Assembly: GCF_964204865.1 (NCBI RefSeq)
Contig: NC_135258.1
Location: 11,036,001-11,100,000 of the forward strand
Length of the DNA stretch: 64,000 bases
Direction of reading: 5' to 3'
Source: Styela clava
Lineage: Eukaryota
Both the position numbers and the translations under genes were made by a program. The notes below the pieces were generated by a model. It was not told where the DNA came from. It searched no databases and worked only from the letters and a program-made list of their open reading frames with translations. Every line of letters starts with the position of its first letter. Position 1 is the stretch's first letter. Shown one piece after another: positions 13,201 through 24,700 of this stretch.

Positions 13201-13942
13201 TTACCAGCAGTGGACACGGACCATTTTGATGTCGGAAAATTTCTTTAAAGTTAAAGATATTTGGGATGGTTTCTTTGTTCATTGGGTTTTCCATTTTTTA
13301 ACTGATTGGCTGCCGAGATGAGCAGCAGGTGGTAATGGCTGACATAAATTAAATATTTCATAGAATGTTCATGAGACTGTGTGTTCCAAATTGCAGCAGA
13401 GTTTGAGAAACATCATTTTATGGGAAGGTGTGCGTATTCTTAGCGCCTTTGTGATATGCCTATAAAAGCTTTTGTAGTTTTTGAAGGGGTCCAGTAAGCA
13501 ACACATTAGACCTTGCGTGTCCACTGAAACCGGTCCAGCGATCTACAAAAGAAAGTATTACACGCTTCAGTGGTTCGCACGTAATTTCAAATTAAACCTT
13601 CCGGTCCACGTCATTGTACCACCTATCTAAGAGGTTCTGAAATGAGCTGCTCCGCTCTTGCTCAGTTGCTTCGTCGTGTTACTCGAGAAATCGCCGTTAC
13701 TCCCGTTAATCGAAGGGAAACGGGATTTATTTATTTTTTCTGGTAAGGGAGATGTTATTTCGACAAATATAAATTTAGCAAAACCATAGCATGTTCAATT
13801 CAAACCTTTTCCGCGTTCCGTGTTACTGTTGAACACGAATTTGAAATACCGGTACTGATATAAGGCCGGTGCGAGTAAGGGCATGATAGATAGAAAATTA
13901 AATCTCAATGCTTTATCGGTATAAACTATAGAAGCAGGTTAG

Positions 13943-14098
13943 TTATTACTTATCGATTTTAATCGGTAAGTATGTTGATAGGTATTTGTCTGTCTGTCTG
14001 TTAGATGCACGCGACATCTCACGAGAGCGAGATTGAATCTGCTCCAGATTTTGCATGTGCATTCATCATATCCAGGACCAGGATCCTATTGATTTTTC
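13943..14098 (+). mobile_element. Helentron-associated (HINE/DINE-1-like) element, truncated
   Basis: Terminal palindrome ACTTATCGATTTTAATCGGTAAGT and (GTCT)n; reverse-complement copy at ~17240-17434. Confidence 0.6.
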
Positions 14099-14591
14099 TC
14101 CGACCGATATTGTCGTTTTTGAGTTGATTGTTAGTTGTTGTTAAAAATTTGCCTTTTTTCTAAACTACAGGATTAATCGATTTAAAGTTTACAGTACTTA
14201 AGAAGGGTATTTTTTGTCAAATATCTTCGAATTTGGACTTGTTACAAACTTGACCATACTATTACTACTTGAAGGAGACGGACAACCTTGTTCCCTGACT
14301 AAGAAACAGAACAGTAGAGTATTTAGTTTTGTGTTTAAAATTCAAAATTGCCACGTTTGATGAGTTCGTATTTGTCGATTGAAAAATCCATCATCTGAAT
14401 ATTTGTTCTACTAGTGACAAACTCCTGTGCGCATAGTTACAGTACTTGCGACTCATAATATAATTATGATCACTAGTATCCTGATATAATGAAATGTGAC
14501 AAGATATATATGTATATATATTTATTCGCTAATTCTACTGAAAGATTTTGTGCAACCATATTTTATCTGTTCAATTTTATCAAGTTTTTTC

Positions 14592-14815
14592 TTTTAAGAA
14601 ACCATAATGGTCAATCAAAGCAGTTATTTTCATAAATCTGGAGAGTTAGAAAAAAAGGAATAGACGTTGGAACCAAATCTTTATTTATTGGATCAGCTTG
14701 GAGAAAAAAGTCATCTCTGATTTCAGAATTGAACTAGTTCATATGTATTACAATTCCAAACCGAGACTAAAATGTTGTAAATATTCTTCTGCTAAAGATG
14801 ATAGTGAAATTAGTT
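14592..14815 (+). pseudogene. Cluster copy E: decayed last-exon fragment of an A/C-type gene
   Basis: Reads ..YWISLEKKVISDFRIELVHMYYNSKPRLKCCKYSSAKDDSEIS.., homologous to 2-200, with an upstream stop and indels; truncated at both ends. Confidence 0.8.
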
Positions 14816-16333
14816 TGGTTGGCAATTTCGTGAACGTTTCAAATCAATATCAATGTTAGAACGTCTTTGACCTGCTGGAATGAATGCTTATCTTGTTACT
14901 AATGTTAAATATATATTTATTACGAATTCTTGTGTCGGATGGCGAACGCAGGTACGCAAACATGACGTACTGATTACGTATCTACACAAAATGCGAGCGC
15001 CAGGCTGACGTCCTCCAGTTGGTGCCACGTACGATCGAGACGTATTGCGCGTCAAAGTGCGTAAGATACTAATCCCATTATATCTTGAAGGCTTTTCGGT
15101 TTGACTTTAAGTTATGGACAGGAGCGTGCCAAAATTTACTGTTGCCTAGGGTGTGTTTCTGGTTATGATGCCCCTTATACGTAACTTTAAAAATAAATTA
15201 CAGATGATGTTGTACATGACAATGAATAAATCAAATGTCAAATAGGAGTAAAATGTTTGTATTATAGCGCAATGACCAGGCGACTCATCATCAACACAAG
15301 ACTATATACGTAATGTCGGGTTTAACTAAATCAAAACGCATCGAGAAATACATCGTGAATCTGCTTATGGCCCTTCCCACGACATAGGCTTCCGCCATAG
15401 TTAACATCAATCCTGATCAGAACTACAGGGCTTAGAAGAATTTTCAATCTTCTTTATATGAAATTTGAAAGTGCAAACGTAAGGAACACTATTTAATTCT
15501 CAATTTAATGCGTTCTGATAGGGGTGCCCCTGAATGGCAAAACTTACCGCGTTTGTTTATTATCGATCTGATTTCTTTGGTAATATTTGTGATAGGTGAA
15601 ACATGGGCGGGTTAGCTCTTTCGCAGCCCAGCTTCGTAGATGATAATTTTTTTATTTAATAAAAGAAAGAAGCATTGTTAAAAAATGATTTACTTTACTC
15701 ACTTGTATGAATTGTCATCGAAATTTATTGAAAAGTTTAAGTTCGGAAGTTCCAGCCTTTTTTCGATTGGCGTCATTAATATTATATGACTATACAATAT
15801 TCAGTGATTGTTACTGTTTTTTCTATTTTGTTAATTAATTTACCTAATTAGGGTGTCAAATGATACTTTGACGTCATGCGCTCCATTGCTGAATCTGTGA
15901 TAAGATGATATAATTTTCTTAACCCTATTTTCTATTTTGATTCCGGTCTATGTCCAATAAAAAAAAATTGTGATATCTTTATGATTGTTGTAGTTCTTTT
16001 ACTGGGCGTGCCCCGCTTCAAACAATACTTGACCTGTTAAAACCCTAAATTGCCTTCGATGACTTTGATAGTAACTTTAAATTTCCGATATACGGTAATT
16101 ACTCATTTCTTTATCTTATTTACATTTTATATTTAATCTCATTTGATTTCACTTATGGTACTATACTATGCCGTGATGAGCTTATATATAGCATAAACAC
16201 AAGGGCCGTAAGCCTAAGTGACCTTCATCGGTCCTGCACACCGACCTGCATAAAACGATAAACAATTACTGTTGAAATATTTATTCATTGGATTATGTTT
16301 ATAATAGTGCTGGCTTTGTTTGTGTGACAATAA

Positions 16334-16357
16334 ATCTCTCTCTCTCTCTCTCTCTCT
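16334..16357 (+). repeat. (TC)n microsatellite directly after AATAAA; possibly the tail of an old LINE
   Basis: ...GACAATAAATCTCTCTCTC... The repeat is seen directly; a LINE origin is inference. Confidence 0.6.
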
Positions 16358-16609
16358 GAGGGTCATTTACTTAGAACATATTCTTGAGAGAACATAACTT
16401 TTGTACAAATCTTTCTAGATTTCTGTAACTCCAAGATCATGCGCAAAAAAAAACTGAAATGAATTTTTTTAATTTTCATAGAAGTAATTAAGAAATTTAT
16501 GGGTTAAATTATTTTTATAGGAATGGGGAGGGGGAAACTCTGTATAATACATATTATGTAGTATAGAACAATTTGAGTACTTTATATATAAAGTATTGAT
16601 TTAATTACA

Positions 16610-18167
16610 TCACAATTTGTTTAGGAGAGAAAAATATTGCCTTAGTTTTTCAACCATTTCCAGGTCTGCCATGACGAAATGACAGCTTATTTCGATTTCA
16701 CGTTTTGCAGACGAATCTTCGGAACATTTTAGTCCAGGTTGGTAATTATAATGCAGATGAGCTATCCTATATGTTTGGCCAATGAGCTTGTTCTCCAAAC
16801 TGGTCCAATAGAGAAAGAAACTTGTATTGTTTCCATATCTTTTCTTCGTCTCTTTTGAACACAAATGCAACATTTCATCGGAATGTCTTTTTAAAATATT
16901 TTGACCTGCGTATGCTTTTACCACAACCATTCGAGAACCATATATCGCTTTCATGTTTAGGTCTTCTGCAGCATTTTCAATAACTTGATGAATATTTTTT
17001 GCACGCCATTCTTCCACTCTGATTTACCGAAAATAATAAAATGGTTACAATATACGTATATTAATAAGAATTGAGAAAGCAAATAATAGACAAATGAGAA
17101 TATCGGTCAGAGACCAAAAACTTATCGATCGAAAGTTGGGGGGATCCCCCAAAACAGCGCTATTACTCCATAGTGACACCTTGTGTCCCATCACTAATTG
17201 ATTATTAACTCGCTAATTATACGACATAATTCGCCCAAAATCAATAGGCTTCTGGTCCGAGATAAGATGAATGCACATGCAAAATCTGGAGCAAATTCAA
17301 TCTTGCTTTCGTGATATATTGCGTGCATCTAACAGACATACAGACAGACAAATACCTATCAACATACTTATCGATTAAAATCGATAAGTAACAAATACCT
17401 ATCAACATACTTACCGAGTAAAATCGATAAGTAATGAGTACAATACTTTTCAGGATTTTTGCGCGTCAGTTAAACACAGAGTCTTGAGCGCTTTTAGAAA
17501 GCGACGAAGTCCGTGCAGACCAAAAGCACGTATTATGGTTTTCATACTTAACTGTCTCGCTTTACTTCTTTGCTAAATGTTATAGTTATAAATGTACTTT
17601 TTACTTCTAATAAATCACTTCGATTTTGCAATTTCACAATATATGGACTTAATGCAGTTAGGCCTACTGTGTGGTATATTGACTCGTAGAGAAGCGCAAA
17701 AGCTTTCGCTTAATACCATGTTACCGATCCACGAAGTGAAAGTAAGCAATACGTTGTTCTGTAGTACTTACTTCATCAATAGGTCGGTTCCTTCCTTATA
17801 AACTTCGACCATCTTTGTGATATCTGCTTGACGCGGCGAAAAATCACAAATAGCTAACCATCCTGCCACGATTGATGTTTTGATTTTTTCGTTTTTTGTT
17901 TTCACCAAAAACAACATTCCTTGATCCTCCGAGTAACGAGACTATATGCAAAAAGCAAATACATTGTTAAAAACATTACAACATTCATTTTAAAATGGTA
18001 TAAGCTCTTACTTCATACAGGTATCGGAAATATAACGGCATTAAAAGTTTTCTTTTTTCAATGTCTGGAAGATATCTTCTAGCGAATGCTGAATCCACGA
18101 ATTCTCTTCCACAAATTTCGAAAAATTCCTCCCAGTCTTCTTTCCTTTGTGCTACCTCGACCCACAT
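16610..18167 (-). CDS. Cluster copy D: intact 3-exon gene, 244 aa, putative GNAT-fold N-acyltransferase; exons 18167-18012, 17941-17772, 17018-16610
   Basis: Spliced frame MWVEVAQRKEDWEEFFEICGREFVDSAFARRYLPDIEKRKLLMPLYFRYLYE|SRYSEDQGMLFLVK...IVAGWLAICDF...LLMK|VEEWRAK...IYGSRMVVVKAYAGQNIL...LLNKL*; canonical splice sites; TATA-like sequence ~50 bp upstream. Confidence 0.85.
17088..17434 (-). mobile_element. HINE/DINE-1-like element in intron 2 of copy D
   Basis: Subterminal CTTATCGAT repeats, GGGGGATCCCCC stem, (CAGA)n, and terminal palindrome ACTTATCGATTAAAATCGATAAGT duplicated in tandem (~42 bp). Confidence 0.65.
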
Positions 18168-18487
18168 TATGTATACCGTCACTTGTTGTGATATTACCTA
18201 ACTCCCAGGTTATGTATATATAAGAGTAATAAAAATACACTGTCTAGTCTGCTCGAGTTTTGATACACAATGAATGAGATGACGTATTAAAATCAGCCTT
18301 GTCAGCAATGGTTGGTTTCGAAGCATTCGGACCTTGTACGATATAGTTGATTGAGTTACTATAGTACTGATGTACCATTACCGTCAGTTTAAATAGGTTA
18401 GCCTTATTGATATGACTCCCTGACAAAACTAGTAGCGTTACCCAACGCAACTGACTTTTTCTGATTGAAGACAACAATTCTACTTGT

Positions 18488-18640
18488 CACTGGGCAATGG
18501 CCACTCGCTACGATACTCCCGTAGTGTGTGTACCAGGTCAGGGTTAGGTCATAATTTTATTCCGATTTCCCTTTTTTCAGTTCTATTACGAGTTCGGGGA
18601 CTGTCTGTGTTAGCCAAGTGAATATTCCCCCTGCCCAGTG
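18488..18640. repeat. Short interspersed element sharing the GTGTACCAGGTTAGGGTT core with the 44793 hairpin family
   Basis: CACTGGGCA...TGCCCAGTG inverted ends; core GTGTGTGTACCAGGTCAGGGTTAGG. Confidence 0.5.
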
Positions 18641-19244
18641 CCCTCGCTAATATAGATAGTAAGCATAAGATTAGAACAGTTTCTATTAACACTCCTCCCT
18701 ATAATAATCAATCTGATTTAGTCATGGAGTTGGTGACAATCTTCCTTTCCAAAAATATAAATCACACCTGTTTGTACGGTTATCCCTATGTTTTGCCATA
18801 AAAAAATCGTACAAGGAGCGTTGACTTTATGCTGGCTTACACCAAACTGCAGGACCGTTTCGCAAGCTGATGTGTTTGTTTAGTCACGGTCTCACAACAT
18901 CGAATGGATTGAGAAAGTTAATGATTTTCCTAACTGCTTTATGGCATCATTTCGTGGCAACGTTGATTGTTGAACACCATGAAATGGCATGTAGCATCGT
19001 CTTCCAACTGCAGATTTACAATTACGTTGAATATTCATAAACAACAAATGAGAGAAATTGTGTAGGTTAAAATAAAATGCAAATTGAATCGCATCCAATA
19101 CCCGCATTGTGTAATACCTATTTGACTACGTCGCAAAGCTTCTTCAATATATGCAATAATGCAACATGAACCTAATACACACTTTGGAATTTTTTATTTA
19201 ATTTGTATTTAAATACGTTTTCCGTTTTTGTAAAATAGACAAGA

Positions 19245-19645
19245 TGTGAAATTTTCGCTTTCAAGCAGTTGGATCAAAGGAGACAAAGATCAATGATGTG
19301 AAAACATATCACCCCAATTGTTCCTCCTTCTATAGTTGCTAGACATTGGATATTTTGAAGGAAAAAACGAAACAAAAAATATTTTACTGGCCAAATTATA
19401 TTCAAAAAATGCCATCATATATAATTTTGAACTTATTTTTTTTGTATTTATCAGCATTTGTATATACGAACTCGTCGAGCCACACAATTCGGCACATAAG
19501 CTCAATTAAAAGTTATATATCTCTCACATCATATTCTCACAAATTTGAGAAATCTTAAGAAATAAATCATGGGTCACCGGTGTTATATCGTCATTCTGAA
19601 GATCAGTCGCTCTTTAAATTGAGAAACTATAGAACGAATCTACGT
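19245..19645 (+). repeat. Diverged copy of non-coding segment ~520-855
   Basis: GATCAGTCGCTCTTTAAATTGAGAAACTATAGAACGAATCTAC matches 811-853, with patchy similarity upstream. Confidence 0.55.
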
Positions 19646-20192
19646 CATTTCGTCGTCATCATATCAATCTCAGCATTGTTTCTAAAATACAGGGAATACG
19701 AAATCCATTGTTTTTAATTCCATGTATCGTAGACTGGACATTGTTTTTTATAGCGTGGCGTGGTTGTCAAACATAAAAATGTTAGTAGCGAGTATGAGCC
19801 TCTGGTCACACATAAGGTGATTTATTTGAAGTGAAAGATGCTAGATGCATTCAGAACCAAATCAGAATCAAAAGTGCAAATTGGCCTGGAGAAGTAACTT
19901 TAAATCAAAATGATAGAGACTTTTACAAAATCGGACAGCGCAAATTGTAGAGAGTTTCATCTTGCAAATAGATGAGGAAATAGCGACATTCTCTTATTAA
20001 TAACGTTTCGAGCAGTTTGATTCTGGCCATGTTTATTTATTGTGTATCGCATGCAGTTTTTGCAACGTTATACCATACAAGCATATGTTACTTGATGAGT
20101 TACTTGATAATAAATGTTTGAGAATACATCGTATTCATTTTTAAAAGTGGTGATGACTGATGGGCCACAAGTTTACCTTTTTTTTAACTATG

Positions 20193-20670
20193 CCATGTTT
20201 TCCCCAAAAATAAGACCTAGCCTTCATTTTGAAAAAGATTTTAATATAAGCCATCCCCTTAAACCCCTTAAAATAGGACCTATTAACTAATCCTGTAACA
20301 TTAATACACCTTATCTGCGATGTTCAGTTGTTGAATCATCGGATACCATGTATTTGCGACCTGAGCATCAAGATTTCAATCACACTTTTTGGCGCTAAAA
20401 CAGTATTATGACGTAACAAATCCAAAGCTCGAGTGGTTAAATCTTAAAGATTGATAATCTATGTTTTGCAGTTTTGAAAACGTGTTATTTATAAGTAAAT
20501 GATATCGTATTTTATATTTTGTATATATATTTAAAAATCTCGTAATTTTCTAATTTGTAATTATTTTTTTGATAAATGAAAATATAAGACATCCCCCCAA
20601 AATGAGCCCTAGTGTTATTTTCCGGAAGAAAATTGAAATAAGACCCAGTCTTATTTCCGGGGAAACACGA
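20193..20670. mobile_element. Tc1/mariner-type (Tc2/pogo-like) MITE
   Basis: TIRs CCATGTTTTCCCCAAAAATAAGAC / GTCTTATTTCCGGGGAAACACGA followed by TA; internal ATAAGAC repeats. Confidence 0.7.
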
Positions 20671-21051
20671 TATGACCTTTATCCCGTACGTACCCTGTGA
20701 TATTCAATTTTGATTAATTGAAAATATTGCTCAAATTATGGTGAAATATTCTGTATAAATATTCAGGCCTTTCTCCTGAAATCTAAACATTTTCTCATAA
20801 TACCATATTATTGAAAATGATGAGTCAAATCAACAACAACTGTTTGTCACGACTTAGAATTCGCAAAATAGGGTAACATACTTTAAGATTTAACCACTCG
20901 AGCTTTGGATTTGTTACGTCATAATACTGTTTTGGCGTCAGAAAGTGTGATTAAAATCTTGATGCTCAGGCCGCAAATACATGGTATCCGATGATTCAAG
21001 AACTGAACATCGTAGATAAGGTGTATTAATTAATGTTACAGGATTAGTTAA
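20283..21051. repeat. Inverted repeat with ~167-bp arms (20283-20449 and 20881-21051)
   Basis: The arms are near-identical reverse complements (e.g. CAGTATTATGACGTAACAAATCCAAAGCTCGAGTGGTTAAATCTTAAAG). Confidence 0.9.
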
Positions 21052-21529
21052 ATATACATAGACTATGTAATGATCATCCGACTCTCGTCACACGGTGTTA
21101 AACCTGTCTATATATAAGATTGATGGAGCCATGTTTACTTGCAACGGGTCATCCATGAAAAGCTGGGGTAATTTTTTGCCGAAGATATCGATCTATCCTC
21201 TAAGCGTTTGAAGTGTCTTGTTTTTCCGGTCATTAGACAGACCTAGCCATGTTGCTATGAGTTCGAAACGAGGTTGGGACGAAATATTCAGGTAGATGGC
21301 GAACGTAAGTTGAGGTTTCAGGTATACATTTTGTCTTCGTTGAAAATAGCCTACCTAGAATACTCCAGAACTGATATTTGTAACTTCTTCCGTATCAGAG
21401 AAGTGTTCTAATTTATATTATACTTTATATAAACATTACATTTAATGAAAAGTTAGAAGAGGTAATAATGTCAAAAATGTACAGGCCAAGCCACTGCTGC
21501 CGAGTTGAATATTGGCGTTTTTGCTTGTA

Positions 21530-21707
21530 CTGGAGTCGAGACACAGTCTGAATTTACAATTTGTTTTAAGATTTGTAAAAATGTAGAGTCGAAGTCAAAA
21601 TGTTCATCAAAAAATTAAAACGATGAAATTTCATTTTCAAAATATGGCTCTCTAGGAGTCGGATTCGATTATTTCAAATTTAGATGAAGCTCTGACTCCA
21701 CAGCCTT
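21530..21707. mobile_element. Fragment of a GGAGTCG-repeat DNA transposon (hAT-like end)
   Basis: Repeated GGAGTCG/GAGTCG motifs ending GACTCCACAGCCT. Confidence 0.4.
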
Positions 21708-24700
21708 ACCAGTTTCTTTTTTTTTATTTAGAGTTATTCACAAAAGTTTAAAATATTTCGTTAAAAATATTGCTTGCTTAAAACGAGCAATGAGTTTTAT
21801 ACACATTACACAGTACTATGTGAGTATGACTACATTGCCACTATCATTCATCGGCGACTTTGAGATACCACTGTGATTTGGCTGAGCCTATAATAGGCTG
21901 TTGAAAAAATATATATAAGAGAGGTTTGCTGAGAGCTTAAATCACATTTTCAGACGCAAAATTTTTGGAACATAAAGCTGAAGCGTTGACTGATCACTCA
22001 CATATTAAACATATTTTGTATATATATCCATATTTTGTATTTTCACTTGCAAATTAGTATATTGTAAATAAAAGCTATCCATTCCATATGGTGCGGTAAT
22101 TGATGAATATTAAAACGAAACAAAATTAGCTCAAATTTGCGGTCAAGTTCTCTGTTTATGCGGTTTTAATATAATGAATTATTCCGCCGTTGTGTCTCCG
22201 GACCGCATCTGGGGACCAAATTAGAGGTGTCTCAATTGCATCGAGGCCTATATTATATTATGATGAGTTTTTGATGAATATTGTGGTTCAATTGGCTGAA
22301 CGTTGAGCGATATGATATATTCAGTCGCCCACACGATACACCAAATGTTGAACTAAAATGTTGGTAATTACTAAATTATATTTCATTAATTTGATGTGTG
22401 AGTGTGTTCTATTTGGTTACCAAACAGCGGCAAATGTTTTAATGACGTTACCGTTTATGTGAGGTTCAATGACACAATCTGTTAGAAACGACTGATCATT
22501 CAAAATTTGAAAAAAAATGAAATATTATCCGGAATAGAATTTTGTCTGTATATGGCCACGGAAATAACTGTATCAAAATTATGTATTTATAAAATGTCAT
22601 TCTCAAAGCTTTGACAACACGCATGGGGCCATCCTACTGGATGAAATTTTTGATTCATGTTCTCTTTGAAGCATAAATTTCCTGGAATTGCACGTAGGCT
22701 TGCAATATTTTTTATTATCATATTACCACAATCGCTAGATAAAATTATTCAATTTTTCACAAGAACGTAAAAACAAATTTCGATTGATTGATGGTGTTTT
22801 GATCGACAGTTGGGAATAGTTCACTTACCAGGATCGATAATTAGGTTACGTCTACCATGCCCCATAGAGGTACCCACCTCCTCTCAAGCTTGACATACAT
22901 GTTTCGGTGGTCCGTTATGCTTGATTCGAGGTAATTTTTCTATTTAAGGAACCGCACCATAATGCGCAGTTGATAACAGAATTAATCCAACCCCTAATAT
23001 CCATTAGCCTGATACATTGGACGAGTGACTAGCATTTTAAACAAGATTAAAATTGAAGCTTTTTGTAACAATTTTGGCGGTCATCGCTCTTTCAGGTTTG
23101 AAGATAAAATCGTAATAAATTGGGGTAAAAGTATACGATGAGCTAAAAATGAATTCGTTTCCTCCTCCAGCGTTAGAGTCATTAGTAATTTTATTTTTCA
23201 AATTCGTTCACCAAGGCTACATGGATACCAAGGTTAGAAATCGCATGACGCCGTTAGAGAGTTGCAATGCTTTCGGTGTTTATCACATTTCATTTCTACA
23301 TTTTAAATATTTATTTATTATTATTTAATTATTATCTTATACTCCGCTTTTTATACGTTTTAATTCTTTTCTAGAATCTTATTCGTGTTATACTTGCTAT
23401 TTTCGGATACTAGACATGGTTGTGTTCAAAGTCCTATATTATAGACCAGCTAAGCAAACTCGGAACATCGATCACATTTTAATTTCAACCAAAGTTCTAA
23501 TTCGACCTAGTAATGTGATATATCCAAATGGTGACAGCCGGCAAACCGTATCATGTCACTAGCAGATGATGTGAATTTTGCGTTGCTTTCGTGAATGTGT
23601 GGTTGTTCAATATTGCATGTTCCTCGTCCGGTGACCGGGCGATGATACTGTCTTCCGTGGACAACGTTTGCTTTGCAAAACTTCGACAAACCTTTTTTTC
23701 TATGATAAATATTTGCATAATTATATTACTCAAAAGTACGCTAATGAAGCATAAAATGACACAACATTAAACCACTAATTAAGGTTTTTAAATTACAATT
23801 CTACTTTATTTAACTGAATAGCGGTATCACCAGAATTTATTTTTAACTTAGGTAGCCAGGTAGTTTACCCCTATTAATATGAAACTTGCATACATTTCAG
23901 TCAATGTCTTTCTTATATGCAGTCGTATGGCATCCGGTTTGCCTTTCACAAAATGAACATCTGATCAAACATGTATGGCCGATTCCTCGACTGTGGTTGG
24001 GCCCATCGTTCATCCTTGGGTGGCATTGTATGTGATCTACTAAATTTCAACTTTGAGACGTTAAATGATTCCTTCTCTTATATTGCAGTTTGCAAAATCA
24101 CTATGAAAATCACGCAGCTGGCGTGCGTTTCAGATTGATAGCGTATTTTGATTAAAAAAGGCCAATTCTTTAGTTTTAGAGTTGGACGTTCTGAATGTGA
24201 CTCGTTTTCCATTAAATTGATGTGAGAATTTCTGAAGATGTGGTATGACTGTTCTCAACTATATTTAATTTGCATTTGCGGTGACACAACAGTTAGTCTA
24301 CTAGGATTTGTCGGTTTTAATAGATTTTTCTTCATTTAGTCATTGCCAATATTTCTTAGTAAGACGACGTTCAGAATCAACCCAATTCATCGATCACCAC
24401 AGCGATTGCGTTGCCCCCGTTAATTATAGTTAATCTTTTCATGTTTGATTTTGAGTGTCAATTGAATTGATATAGAAACATTGAAGTTTTTTCTCATTTT
24501 AATTTTTTAAATAGCTCATTTATTTGAAAGCGTATCGGGGTCATCATTTTGTAGTCAACAGTACAAATTGTCAAAAAGTACTCTCCATACTGCAGTCTAG
24601 CACTCTTGAACGTCGACTATGGAACCGTCAATAAACGTTTGTGTATGTTGTCATGTACGGCATCATGGACGAATAAGCCGGCACTTTTGGTAGCTATCAA

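Noticed and set aside
16170-16200. Hammerhead-like GTGATGAG..AAAC
   Set aside because: Core nucleotides and stems are missing.
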